Shown here in pieces: positions 22,871 through 35,664 of a stretch of 42,462 nt of DNA; position 1 is the first letter of the stretch; each line of letters opens with the position of its first letter. The stretch comes from Octopus bimaculoides (lineage: Eukaryota): NCBI RefSeq assembly GCF_001194135.2, contig NC_069008.1:15678962-15721423 (forward strand). The letters run 5' to 3'. A program made the translations under genes and the position numbers. A model generated the notes under the pieces. That model had not been told where the DNA came from and ran no database searches. It saw only the letters and a list, made by a program, of their open reading frames with translations.

Positions 22871-23039
22871 ATCTATAAACACACTGGCCAGTTGTAGTTT
22901 GTCTATATTTCATATCATTTTTTAAATTCTGTTTTGAAAGCATCTGTGACTCAATCTACAGTTATTCAAAGCAAGTTATGGACACAAGGTGCAGAGAAGG
23001 TAGCGTTTGTTTATGGAAGAAACACAGGAGTCATGGAAA

Positions 23040-23520
23040 CTACTGATACTCAGAAAATCGATTGTCTCAAATGCTCCAGAAGCTCTTTGGAGGTATTAGA
23101 CAATTTCTGCTATCTAAGGAACGTAATTAGCAGTGGGGGAGGATGCATGGAAAGTGTAATTGCTAGCATAAGAATGGGATGGAGAAGATTCAGAGAGCTT
23201 TTAACTCTGTTGCTAATCAAAGCTCTCTCTCTCTCTCTCTCTCTCTCTCCAAGCGAAAGGAAGATTGTATGTGCAGTACACGATCAGCAATGGTAAATAG
23301 TAGTGAGACGTGAGCCCTGAATACAGAAGATATGCGATGGCGAGAGGAACGAAGCTACTATGCTCTGCTGGATGTGCAACGTCAGTCTATAAGTGCGATA
23401 GAACGGTAGCGTATTAAGGGGAAAAGTTGGGCATATGAGGAATTAGATGCATTGTACAAGAGACTGTGCTAGTTGGATCGTGTAGAGTCATATACAGAAG
23501 TGGCAGTCACTTAAAACGGA
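23040..23520 (+). mobile_element. Decayed RTE LINE internal fragment (post-RT region) interrupted by (CT)n
   Basis: LEVLDNFCYLRNVISSGGGCMESVIASIRMGWRRFRELL resembles the RTE motif EVVDSFCYLG..IS..GGC....ARI..GW.KFREL. Confidence 0.75.
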
Positions 23521-23615
23521 TGGCCCTTGTGGAAGAGAGAGACCCAAAAAGAAGGAATGAAGTTTTGAACACCAATCTCAAGATACTGAGCCTTAGAAAG
23601 GAGATGGCTAAGGAC

Positions 23616-23704
23616 CACTAGCGTAGCTAGAGTGTGTGCCACCCCCGGTCTCCACAAAAAAAAAAAAAAGAAAACATTGCTTGCAGCAGACCCTACCGCT
23701 AGTG
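23616..23704. mobile_element. hAT-like MITE, shorter member of the 6784 family
   Basis: Starts CACTAGCGTAGCTAGAGTGTGTGCCACCCC as in the 6784 copy; ends CTACCGCTAGTG; TSD CTAAGGAC/CTAAGAAC (7 of 8 match). Confidence 0.7.
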
Positions 23705-24073
23705 CTAAGAACGGAGAAATTTGGCACATTGCTGTACTCAAGAAGACCCCTCTGCAACCGCAGATTTCGTGTCGGTGCCAGTGCCACATAAAAAGTCTTG
23801 GTCGATAAAATAAAATACCAATTTAATAGGGGCCATTCAGGTGAAAGTGGTTCTGTAGGATTTAGAGGACAACACTGTCCATTATTACACGAAGAGTGGA
23901 CATCGTCGACTAATCCTTTCCTCTGGGAATTCCTTGTGTTTGCACCGAAGTTAACACATAATACATGGCATCCGTTCGAAGTGATTCGCGTGCTGTCTGT
24001 CGTCGTTTAACCTTGTTCTCATTGCATCTCAACAAGAACGAAATTAATTCAGCTACCACTAATAACTCGACTT

Positions 24074-24424
24074 GTTGGCACTCCGTCGCTTACGACGTCG
24101 ACGGTTCCAGTTGATCCGATCAACGGAACAACCTGCTCGTGAAATTAACGTGCAAGTGGCTGAGCACTCCACAGACACGTGTACCCTTAACGTAGTTCTC
24201 GGGGATATTCAGCGTGACACAGTGTGTGACAAGGCTGACCCTTTGAATTACAGGTACAACAGAGACAGGAAGAAAGAGTGAGAGAAAGTTGTGGTGAAAG
24301 AGTACAGCAGGGTTCACCACCATCCCCTGCCGGAGCCTCGTGGAGCTTTAGGTGTTTTCGCTCAATAAACACTTACAATGACCGCGAGTCCGCTGCCCTA
24401 ACCACTGGGCCATTGCGCCACCAC
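24074..24424 (-). mobile_element. SINE family S2 copy
   Basis: Reverse complement of the 40902 element with an internal head deletion; 13-bp TSD AATAACTCGACTT. Confidence 0.9.
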
Positions 24425-24444
24425 AATAACTCGACTTACGAAGA

Positions 24445-24845
24445 AGGGAAATAACTCTATGTTTCTAGATTTCGTGATAGAGAGGAAGTGACATCATCGA
24501 TTGTATACCAAGAACTAAACTTCAGTCGTTAAGTGACTGCTATTGAGTATTCTGTTGATATTAGTTAAGTGGTTTCCAGTTTTGATCCCTAAACTGAATA
24601 GTATTGTCTTATTTATATAATAGCTTATAAAGGAATTACGGTTTAGGGGATCAGTGTGAAGGACAACATAAAGCAGAGCGACAAAAAACAAGGTAGAAAC
24701 ATTGGACAAAAATTGGAAACGGAATACAGGAATTTAATGAGAAAAACAAGAAGACCTTTACCCAGCCCTGGGACATTAAAGGATTGATTTCATTGATCGA
24801 TTGACTGGACTCCCTAAAGATATACGTAAGTTCTAAAGTAAGGTA
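24445..24845 (+). promoter_or_regulatory. Conserved upstream cassette of ZNF E
   Basis: GGAAGTG at 24484-24490; donor-like GTAAGT at 24826 and GTAAGG at 24838. Confidence 0.65.
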
Positions 24846-26227
24846 TTTAATTGTTTAAAATATATTATTGAAGGGTCATTATGACTTTAATTAGTCTTAC
24901 TAATTTACAGCCCCCCCCTCTTTGTCTCATAGACACGCGGAATCCCTGAACATCTACAAATATTCGTGGGCACGTTGCTCTGCGATCGCTTTCATATCTG
25001 ACGTGTGGGGCACCGTGCATCTGTAAAGGGTGGATGTCAATATGATGGAGCGGGTGAGCTAATGTGCAGCACAAGCATTTAATCATTATAAGCGAAATAT
25101 CTGCGGGGTTTTCTGCAAGAGATTGCAGAACAGTCTTTTTTGGAGTCGATGGAGTATCATAGTATAAATATGTAGTATGTGTTGGTGACTGTTCAGTTTC
25201 CGTTCGTTAAAAAAAAAAACGTGAAGGGACATAACTAAATACATCAAAATAAACTATTATATAAATAAGACATAACTAAATACATCTCTAGCCATTACGA
25301 TGAGCAATGGCCAGAGAAATATCGAGCTTTGTTTTTAATAACCAGTTGATCTGGTAAGCAGGGCCTCATATCAATGAGGGTGCGCATTGATGCCGTCGAG
25401 AGGTAGGCTCCGAAACGGCTCGCATTCTCTCCTGATGATCCCATACACTTGCTGGTTTCCGGTATGCGGAGTACTCGACTGGTAGCACTTGCATGTGCGA
25501 GTTGTTTGCAAGACATGTTATCTGATACTTTACTCACTCTTATCGCCCCTCGTCACCTTTATCTATTATTTACAACTGATCTCTTGCTTCTCTTTAGAGA
25601 AAATGATTTTTTTTTACTCGACTTACACAACTATTTGTATCTCTAACACATAAATCTGTATTTCTGACTGGTTATCTAGCAATCATTTCTTATTTCTTTC
25701 TTTTTACCGTTCATAAAACAGACTTGCATCTAAGTGTACGCCTCAAGATATAAAATAAACTAGAATTGAGAAAAACAAAAACAACTGAAGCTAAAATCAA
25801 AGTAATCGATACGTTTTGATTTTACGAACGTAAACTGAACAATATGTATGTGAAAAGAAGTGCATGCTAATATCGATTTAACGCCTGTAGATTAACCTGG
25901 TACCGTTCTTTTTTGGTTTTATGGAGAGGAAAATGAGGGTGATGTGATGAGAAACGAACCCTTGCCACAAACATACGTGAATATATTAAGGGAACTCTGA
26001 AAGATTATAAAAATAAGCGATTTTCATTTTATTGAGTGTAAAGCTGGTGACGTCAGTAAGGAACGAACCCCAGTTGTTGAGTGAGGAGATATGCATGTGT
26101 GTGTGTGTGTGTGTGTAACTGTCAAGAAACAGGAGGGGGAAAAATATGAAGGTATAGCTGTATATGTAAGCTACACACAAGATTCAATGATGTACATTTC
26201 AATAAATTAAAAAGTTCAGTTGTTCAG

Positions 26228-26336
26228 GTAAATGTTTATTTCCACAGTTTATCTCTGTAGAAACGTTCTGAATTTTCCAATCTATATTTTCTAAGTAGCC
26301 TCTATATCTTACACAGTCGTCCCTTTATTATTTCAG
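26228..26336 (+). other. Putative short 5'-UTR intron of ZNF E
   Basis: Same donor and acceptor context; 109 nt. Confidence 0.65.
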
Positions 26337-26424
26337 AATACCAAATGGCATTGACGTAACAGAAGATACATTCTCAATATTTATCATCCTTTGAAGATCC
26401 AGGGAATACAGAACAAATGTATGA

Positions 26425-27500
<1,076 letters not shown>

Positions 27501-28265
27501 CTGCATCCATGTTAAAATTCATAAATATTTTAAGCTTCACCTAAACTGGGGGTTGCCCGGTGTGTTTTAGTCACAGCAATAACTAATCCACTTGTGGATC
27601 ACTTCTTTTGGCCGTCATTTACAGCCTCCCAATATTATATTTTATCTCTCCTCAACTATATCTACATTAGTGAGATATTGAAACAAATATTGTTATGTTT
27701 TGGTGGAGTCATAATTAATAAAATCTATAAACACACTGGCCAGTTGTAGTTTGTCTATATTTCATATCATTTTTTAAATTCTGTTTTGAAAACACTTGTG
27801 ACCCAATCTACAGTTATTCAATGCAAGTTATGGACACAAGAGGAATCTGATTCTAAAAAAGGGAAGATGTTGTGGAAGGATTCCGACCATCCACCGAGTG
27901 ACTAAAGGTAGACTGACTCATTGTTATAAAACAAAACAATGTGAGCGATTAGCAGTTCAGGTTGGTAAGCAGTTCACTGTGAGGCGTGATTGAAAGCGTT
28001 GGCTCTCGTGTAATAGCAGTGTGTCGTTTCTTCCTCATTGTTTCGTTAAATTATATATCCATCATACAAGGATATAAAAGGAAGCAAAACTTCAACTCAA
28101 TGATGTTAGAGTTTATGAAGCAAAGACCAAAGTTTTAATAAGCAGGGAAACNNNNNNNNNNNNNNNNNNNNNNNNNNNNNNNNNNNNNNNNNNNNNNNNN
28201 NNNNNNNNNNNNNNNNNNNNNNNNNNNNNNNNNNNNNNNNNNNNNNNNNNNNNNNNNNNNNNNNN

Positions 28266-28660
28266 NTAATGGAGAAAGACTGTATGTGGCAGATGTCCAG
28301 AAGCAGTAACCTCGAAGAACATGCAAGAAATAGATTTTCTTGAATACCCAGGAAGTTCAGTACAGGTTGTACATAGTTTCTGCTACCTGTGTCCCCTAAT
28401 TAGCAGTGGAAAGGGATGTTCTGAAAGTATGGTCGCTAGAATATGTTTAGGATGTAGAAAGTTCAGAGAAGTATTAACCCTGTTGGCAACAAAACATCTC
28501 TTTTTTTTTTCAAATTGAGCAGGAGATTGTATGATGCTTGTGTACATACTTCAATGCAGCATGGTAGTGAGACATGTGGTGTGAATGTAGTGTAGTTGGG
28601 ATGTCAGGAATGGAACAAAGCTTGTATGCTCCATTAGATGTGCAACATCAGTTTGTGAAC
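28266..28660 (+). mobile_element. Decayed RTE LINE internal fragment
   Basis: QVVHSFCYLCPLISSGKGCSESMVARICLGCRKFREVL, the same RTE motif. Confidence 0.72.
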
Positions 28661-29027
28661 GTGTGTGTGTGTATGTATGTATGCTGCCTTCTACCAAACT
28701 CTCATTACCTTAAATATCACCTTTACTCCCACTCACAGCACCTCCCTTAAATTATATCTTTTGCCACCCACAACTCCTCCTTTTACTTTTCTCTCGCTAT
28801 CCACCCTTACCACTTGCCTCATTTTCCCCCACTCCCCTCTTTTCTTCTTCTCCACCACCCCATCTCCATTGAATATAGTTTCATGACATTTACAATACGA
28901 CCTTCCTCTTTTGAGGATCGATAAATTAAGTACTAGTTGCATACTGGGGTCGATGTAATCGACTAGCCCTCCTCTCCAAAAATTTCAGGGCCTTGTGCCT
29001 AGAGTGGAAAAAAAATATTTGGACATA

Positions 29028-29412
29028 GGCGCAGGAGTGGCTGTGTGGTAAGTAGCTTGCTTACCAACCATATGGTTCCGGGTTCATTCCCACTGCGTGG
29101 CACCTTGGGCAAGTGTCTTCTTCTATAGCCTTGGGCCGACCAAAGCTTTGTGAGAGGATTTGGTAGCCGGAAACTGAAAGAAGCCCGTCGTATACATGTA
29201 TATATATGTATGTGTGTATATGTTTGTGTTTGTCCCCCCAACATCGCTTGACAACCGATGCTGGTGTGTTTACGTCTCCGTAACTTAGCGGTTCGGCAAA
29301 AGTGACCGATAGAATAAGTACTAGGCTTACAAAGAATAATTCCTGAGGTCGATTTGCTCTACTAAAGGCGGTGCTCCAGTATGGCCGCAGTCAAATGACT
29401 GAAACAAGTAAA
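29028..29412 (+). mobile_element. SINE family S1 copy
   Basis: Near-colinear with 13074-13449; abuts the F cassette. Confidence 0.88.
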
Positions 29413-29424
29413 AAAGTAGAGAAA

Positions 29425-29830
29425 GAAGGGAAATAACTCGATGTTTCTAGATTTCGTGTTCAAGTAATAATGACAAAGCGGAAGTGATATGATTGATTCT
29501 ATACAAAGAACTGGCCTCTAATCACTAGAGAGTGCTATTAAGTCTCCTGTCGGTGACCGTGGGGTCTCTTTCCATTTCACCTCCAATCCTTAAACTGTTT
29601 AATATTGTCTTATTTATACAATAGTTGACAAAGGGGTTACGGTGGAGACGACCGGTTAGAAGGAAGTGGACGCTAGGACGAGACAGATTGTGAGGAAGAA
29701 CAAAGAGATGAGAGGCTGAAAACGAAATACAGGAATTTAGAGTGGAATCCTAGAAGACCTTTCCCCAGCACTGAACATTAATGATTGATTTCATTGATCC
29801 ATTGATTGGACTAAATTCTCAGGTAAGGTA
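29425..29830 (+). promoter_or_regulatory. Conserved upstream cassette of ZNF F
   Basis: GCGGAAGTG (core at 29480-29486); donor CAG|GTAAGG at 29823. Confidence 0.65.
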
Positions 29831-30909
29831 TTCTTGTTCTTTCTGATACGCTATAAAACAATAAAGTCAGGGGACTAATTCAATTTCGCACCTCTCCTTG
29901 AAAAATGCATTTAGATGTCGGAGATTACGAATATGAATAAACAAAAAAAAAAAAAAAAAANNNNNNNNNNNNNNNNNNNNNNNNNNNNNNNNNNNNNNNN
30001 NNNNNNNNNNNNNNNNNNNNNNNNNNNNNNNNNNNNNNNNNNNNNNNNNNNNNNNNNNNNNNNNNNNNNNNNNNNNNNNNNNNNNNNNNNNNNNNNNNNN
30101 NNNNNNNNNNNNNNNNNNNNNNNNNNNNNNNNNNNNNNNNNNNNNNNNNNNNNNNNNNNNNNNNNNNNNNNNNNNNNNNNNNNNNNNNNNNNNNNNNNNN
30201 NNNNNNNNNNNNNNNNNNNNNNNNNNNNNNNNNNNNNNNNNNNNNNNNNNNNNNNNNNNNNNNNNNNNNNNNNNNNNNNNNNNNNNNNNNNNNNNNNNNN
30301 NNNNNNNNNNNNNNNNNNNNNNNNNNNNNNNNNNNNNNNNNNNNNNNNNNNNNNNNNNNNNNNNNNNNNNNNNNNNNNNNNNNNNNNNNNNNNNNNNNNN
30401 NNNNNNNNNNNNNNNNNNNNNNNNNNNNNNNNNNNNNNNNNNNNNNNNNNNNNNNNNNNNNNNNNNNNNNNNNNNNNNNNNNNNNNNNNNNNNNNNNNNN
30501 NNNNNNNNNNNNNNNNNNNNNNNNNNNNNNNNNNNNNNNNNNNNNNNNNNNNNNNNNNNNNNNNNNNNNNNNNNNNNNNNNNNNNNNNNNNNNNNNNNNN
30601 NNNNNNNNNNNNNNNNNNNNNNNNNNNNNNNNNNNNNNNNNNNNNNNNNNNNNNNNNNNNNNNNNNNNNNNNNNNNNNNNNNNNNNNNNNNNNNNNNNNN
30701 NNNNNNNNNNNNNNNNNNNNNNNNNNNNNNNNNNNNNNNNNNNNNNNNNNNNNNNNNNNNNNNNNNNNNNNNNNNNNNNNNNNNNNNNNNNNNNNNNNNN
30801 NNNNNNNNNNNNNNNNNNNNNNNNNNNNNNNNAACATTGATGCTTGTTGACATGTTTCACATAATGTGAAGACAAGAACACACTCCCACACCAAAAGATG
30901 ATAATCTTT

Positions 30910-31058
30910 CAGTTTCTACCTACCAATTCCACTCAGATGGCTTTCATTGAACTGGTGCTTTGGTAGAAGAGACTTGCTGAAGGTGCTGTACTGTGGGACT
31001 GAACCTGAAATCACATGGTTGGGGAATCAAATTTGTTAACCACATAGCTATTCTTGCC
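30910..31058 (-). mobile_element. Diverged SINE S1 fragment
   Basis: Degenerate match to the S1 head (GTGGGACTGAACC, CACATGGTTGG). Confidence 0.6.
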
Positions 31059-31502
31059 AACATCATATCTTTCTCATCCAGTTATGTTTTCTTCATTCAC
31101 CAATGTTTATTTTTGTTTTTGGTTTGTCATAAAAATGGCAGAAACTGCAAAAACAACTTCATTTTGATCTTGGCTATTTAAGTGATCGCATGACATACTA
31201 GAAATAACAGCACATTTCCCTTAAATTACACCTTTCAGTCATAAATATTGAACGTGATGTTTCAAGATGTAGTCCTAAATATACATTGCTAGAGAGAGAC
31301 AGAGAGGATGTTCAAGGATGGAATGTCGTTAATAGTTTGCCTGCACAGTCAAAGCTCAGCCGTAACTAAGCAACAATGTCAAGTTATTTTTCAGTTGGGA
31401 GAAGAATGTTATTGTCCATTATTCTGTAGTTTAATTTATATAAAGTTACACAATGTGATGGTGTAGCTGTAGTTTGCAAATATGCAAGCTACACACAAGA
31501 TA

Positions 31503-32135
31503 TATCATCACCATCATCATTTAATGTCCGTTTTCCATGCTGGCATGCGTTGGACAGTTTGACTGAGGTCTGGAGAGCCAGCAGCTGCACCAGGCTCCAA
31601 TCTGATCTGGCAATGATTCTACAGCAGGATGCCCTTGCCAACCTCTCCAAGAGTGTAGTGGGTGCTTTTAACATGCCTCCAGCACAGGAGCCAGTCAGGT
31701 GGGCCTGGCATCAGTGACGCTCGGATAGTTNNNNNNNNNNNNNNNNNNNNNNNNNNNNNNNNNNNNNNNNNNNNNNNNNNNNNNNNNNNNNNNNNNNNNN
31801 NNNNNNNNNNNNNNNNNNNNNNNNNNNNNNNNNNNNNNNNNNNNNNNNNNNNNNNNNNNNNNNNNNNNNNNNNNNNNNNNNNNNNNNNNNNNNNNNNNNN
31901 NNNNNNNNNNNNNNNNNNNNNNNNNNNNNNNNNNNNNNNNNNNNNNNNNNNNNNNNNNNNNNNNNNNNNNNNNNNNNNNNNNNNNNNNNNNNNNNNNNNN
32001 NNNNNNNNNNNNNNNNNNNNNNNNNNCGGATGGTGCTTTTTACATGCCTGCAGCACAGGAACCAGTCAGGCAGACCTGGAATCAACCATATTCAGATGGT
32101 GCTTTTTACGTGCCACTGGCATGTGAGTCAGTCAG
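31503..32135 (-). mobile_element. RTE 3'-end-derived element spanning a gap
   Basis: (CAT)n tail and RTE 3' UTR with tandem subrepeats on both sides of gap 31731-32026. Confidence 0.8.
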
Positions 32136-32189
32136 GGAGCACAGGCCACAGCTACAAATTTTGATAAATTAAAATGTTCAGTTGTTCAG

Positions 32190-32304
32190 GTAAATGTTTA
32201 TTTCTACTGTTTATCTCCTTAGAAGCGTTCTAAATTTCCCATTGTTGAATCTGTATTTGTAAGTAGCTTCTATACCTTACACAGTTGTCTCTTTATTATT
32301 TCAG
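32190..32304 (+). other. Putative short 5'-UTR intron of ZNF F
   Basis: Same donor and acceptor context; 115 nt. Confidence 0.65.
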
Positions 32305-32650
32305 AATACCAACTGACATGGGAATAACAGAAGATACATTCTCAATATTTATCATCCTTTGAAGTCCCAGAAAATGTGTTATGCAGAACAGATGTATAAA
32401 ACTGTTTCTATACATCTGTGGTAGAATTGAATTCCTATGAAATATTTGCTCTGACCTGAGATTATTTGCAGTATTTCTGTACAAAACTGGCTGAAGTGTC
32501 TACGAGATAAATATTATTTAATTCCGCACGATTAAATTGACAAAAGCCAAAGGTAACACTGGCGAGAAATGCAGCAGCAGAAATATTTGTAAAGAGTAAA
32601 CTGCAAGAACAAAACGAAGAAGTATATTTAGTGATTTGAGAAGGAAAATT

Positions 32651-33559
32651 ATGGAAAAAAGTGAGAAATTTGAGCAGTTGATTTTGCCTAAAGACATAAT
32701 AAAAGAGAGCAGAAAATTGTCATATGATTGTGACATCTGTCAAAAGTCTTTCTCTGATAGAGTACAGCTAACTAGGCACATACGTATACATACAGGAGAG
32801 AAGCCATATTGCTGTGATGTCTGTGGTAAATCATTTTCTCAAAGTAGTCACTTAACAATACATGTACGCATTCATACAGGAGAGAAGCCATACGCATGTG
32901 ATATTTGTGGCAAATCATTCTCTGCAAGTAATGACTTAAGTATACACAAGCGTATTCATACAGGAGAGAGGCCATATCACTGTAATATCTGTAGTAAATC
33001 ATTCTCTAAAAATGTTACCTTAACTAGACATGAACGTATTCATACAGGAGAAAAACCGTATCACTGTGATATCTGTGGTAAATCATTCTCTGAAAATGTT
33101 AACTTAGTTACCCATAAACAGATTCATTCAGGAGAGAAGCCATTTCACTGTGATATCTGTGGTAAATTATTTACTAAAAGTTGTAATTTGAATACACACA
33201 GACGTACTCATACAGGAGAGAAACCATATCATTGCGATATCTGTGGTAAATCATTCTCTGCAAATAGTGACAGAACTAGACATGAACGTATTCATTCAGG
33301 AGAGAAGCCATATCACTGTGACATCTGTGGTAAATCGTTCTCTGTAAGTTCTCAAGTCGTTGAACACAAACGTATTCATACAGGAGAGAAGCCATATCAA
33401 TGTGATATTTGTGATAAATCATTCTCTGTAAATACTGCCTTAAGTAAACATAAACGTATTCATACAGGGGAGAAGCCATATTTGTGTGACATCTGTGGTA
33501 AATCATTCTCTTGGGGCAGCAACTTAAATACACATGTACGCACTCATAAAGAAGTGTGA
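32651..33559 (+). CDS. C2H2 zinc-finger protein, paralog F (10 fingers)
   Basis: 10 intact C2H2 repeats; ATG at 32651; ends THKEV*. Confidence 0.95.
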   Translation: MEKSEKFEQLILPKDIIKESRKLSYDCDICQKSFSDRVQLTRHIRIHTGEKPYCCDVCGKSFSQSSHLTIHVRIHTGEKPYACDICGKSFSASNDLSIHKRIHTGERPYHCNICSKSFSKNVTLTRHERIHTGEKPYHCDICGKSFSENVNLVTHKQIHSGEKPFHCDICGKLFTKSCNLNTHRRTHTGEKPYHCDICGKSFSANSDRTRHERIHSGEKPYHCDICGKSFSVSSQVVEHKRIHTGEKPYQCDICDKSFSVNTALSKHKRIHTGEKPYLCDICGKSFSWGSNLNTHVRTHKEV

Positions 33560-34302
33560 CTGTATCCATGCTAAAATTCACAAGTATTGTAAGCTTTATC
33601 TAAACTAGGAGTTGCTTTGTGTGTGTTAGCAACAGCCATAACTATTCCCCTCACTTTGGCTCTCTTGTTAGGGTGTCATTTACATTTGTTGGACCTTCCC
33701 TGATACCACCCACTTCAGTTTTCTTTTACAGTTTTGAGGGATATTATTTACTGTTAAAATTCTGCTGAGAGAGAGAGAGAGAACCAAAAGCACTCAGCAA
33801 TAACTATAAATGTATTCACACAGGAATGGAGATACAACTGCGTCTGATAACATCCTCCCATTATTATATTTCATATCACCACAACTCTATCTACACTGAT
33901 GAGATATTCAGACCAATATTGTTATATTTGGGTGGAGTCATGATTAATAAAGTCTATAAACACCCTAATTAGTTGTAGTTTGTTTTTATTTTATTAGAAT
34001 TTTGTGTCCTAGTTTCGAAATTAGTTGTAATACAATCTCTAGCTTTCGCAATGCTTGTGAGGAAAATATTTTGTTGAAATATAAATGAACATCAATTGCT
34101 GAAGAAATTGAAGTGAAACATAGACAATCAACAACTATTGTGGGTCGTTATAGGCTTTATTCATTATGAATCTTGCCATATTTAACAATGTTTTTCATAT
34201 TACTCGTGTATAATCCATGTAATGTATTTTCAGAAATGAGAAATAGTTTATTTTGACATTGTAGGTAAATAGTTATGATATGTATTCTCAATGGTTAGTG
34301 AA

Positions 34303-34850
34303 CATCATCATCATCATCGTTTAACGTCCGCTTTCCATGCTAGCATGGGTTGGACGACTTGACTGAGGACTGGTGAAACCGGATGGCAACACCAGGCTCC
34401 AATCTAATTTGGCAGAGTTTCTACAGCTGGATGCCCTTCCTAACGCCAACCACTCAGAGAGTGTAGTGGGTGCTTTTACGTGTCACCCGCACGAAAACGG
34501 CCATGCTCGAAATGGTGTCTTTTATGTGCCACCCGCACAAGAGCCAGTCCAGGGGCACTGGCAACGATCTTACTTGGCTTGCCGGGTCTTCTCACGCACA
34601 GCACATTTCCAAAGGTCTCGGTCAGTGGTCATCGCCTCGGTGAGGCCCAATGTACGAAGGTCTTGCCTCACCACCTCAGCCCAGGTCTTCCTGGGCCTAC
34701 CTCTTCCACGGGTTCCCTCAACTGTTAGGGTGTTGCACTTTTTCACGCAGCTATCCTCATCCATTCTCACCACATGTCCATACCAGCGCAATCGTCTCTC
34801 TTGCACACCACAACTGATGCTTCTAATGTTCAGCTTTTCTCTCAGAAATA
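34303..34850 (-). mobile_element. 5'-truncated RTE-clade LINE (ORF C-terminus plus 3' UTR with (GAT)n tail)
   Basis: Encodes RRLRWYGHVVRM...GTRGRGRPRKTWAEVVRQDL, the typical RTE C-terminal motif; 3' end ends AAACGATGATGATG. Confidence 0.88.
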
Positions 34851-35084
34851 AATACAGAAATTATAAAAGAAAATATTTCTTCCTCTCATGTTAAGATATG
34901 TGTGCACATCTACATATATATATGTATGTATATGCCAAATGAATTCGTAGTCATGGCTGTTGCTTGTGTCATGTAAATAGCACCTATGAAATCATAATTG
35001 TGGTCATTGCTGGTAGCATGATCTTCAAATGTTGTGCTTCACAGAAGTGAGGGACAAAGTGGTGAAGCATGATCTTTGAATTTT

Positions 35085-35250
35085 GGGCCTCAGAGGCGAT
35101 GACAAGTGACTGAGTCCTTGGTGATATGCCATGCTTGAGAAGAATCATCAAACCAAATGAAACTATCGTCGTGTCTGTTTCCAGTGCCATGTAAATGGCA
35201 CATAAAAGGCTCACATTACACCCTTGGAGTGGTTGGCATTAGGAAGAGCA
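35085..35250 (+). mobile_element. RTE 3'-UTR fragment
   Basis: CTTGGAGTGGTTGGCATTAGGAAGAGCAT matches the RTE 3' UTR; cut off by the inverted-repeat element at 35252. Confidence 0.65.
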
Positions 35251-35251
35251 T

Positions 35252-35452
35252 GCATCACAAAAAGAATGAAATTAATTCAACCACAGTTAATAGTTTGACA
35301 TATATATATATATTAATATATAGTATTAGAGAAAAGAACCAAGGTTTATGAACTCATCAATGAAAATCCACTGTCACATACAGAAAAAATTTATAATTGA
35401 AAGTACAATAAACTATTAACTGTGGTTGAATTAATTTCATTCTTGTGATGCG
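35252..35452. repeat. Element with 42-bp terminal inverted repeats
   Basis: 35252-35296 is the reverse complement of 35411-35452 except for a 3-nt A insertion. Confidence 0.8.
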
Positions 35453-35664
35453 AAGAGAACAATTCTTTTCTACTCTAGGCACAAGGCCCGAAATTTTGGG
35501 GGAGGGGGCCAATCGATTAGATCGACCTCAGTACGCAACTGGTACTTAATATATATTTTATACTGTGAAGCTTAATTTAATTTTAATTTTTAATAAATTG
35601 ATTTTAATTGAGATTTTACCTGTAATTTTGGATTTTATCCCTAATATTATTATTATATATATAT

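Noticed and set aside
25290-25560. GC-richer island with short ORFs in E intron 1, preceded by an 18-bp direct repeat (GACATAACTAAATACATC)
   Set aside because: No recognisable protein motif, termini or second copy in the window; cannot be assigned without a database search.
34373-34894. 173-aa plus-strand ORF, and the 128-aa ORF at 10981-11367
   Set aside because: Antisense to the RTE LINE remnant and to the mariner ORF respectively; no protein-like features.
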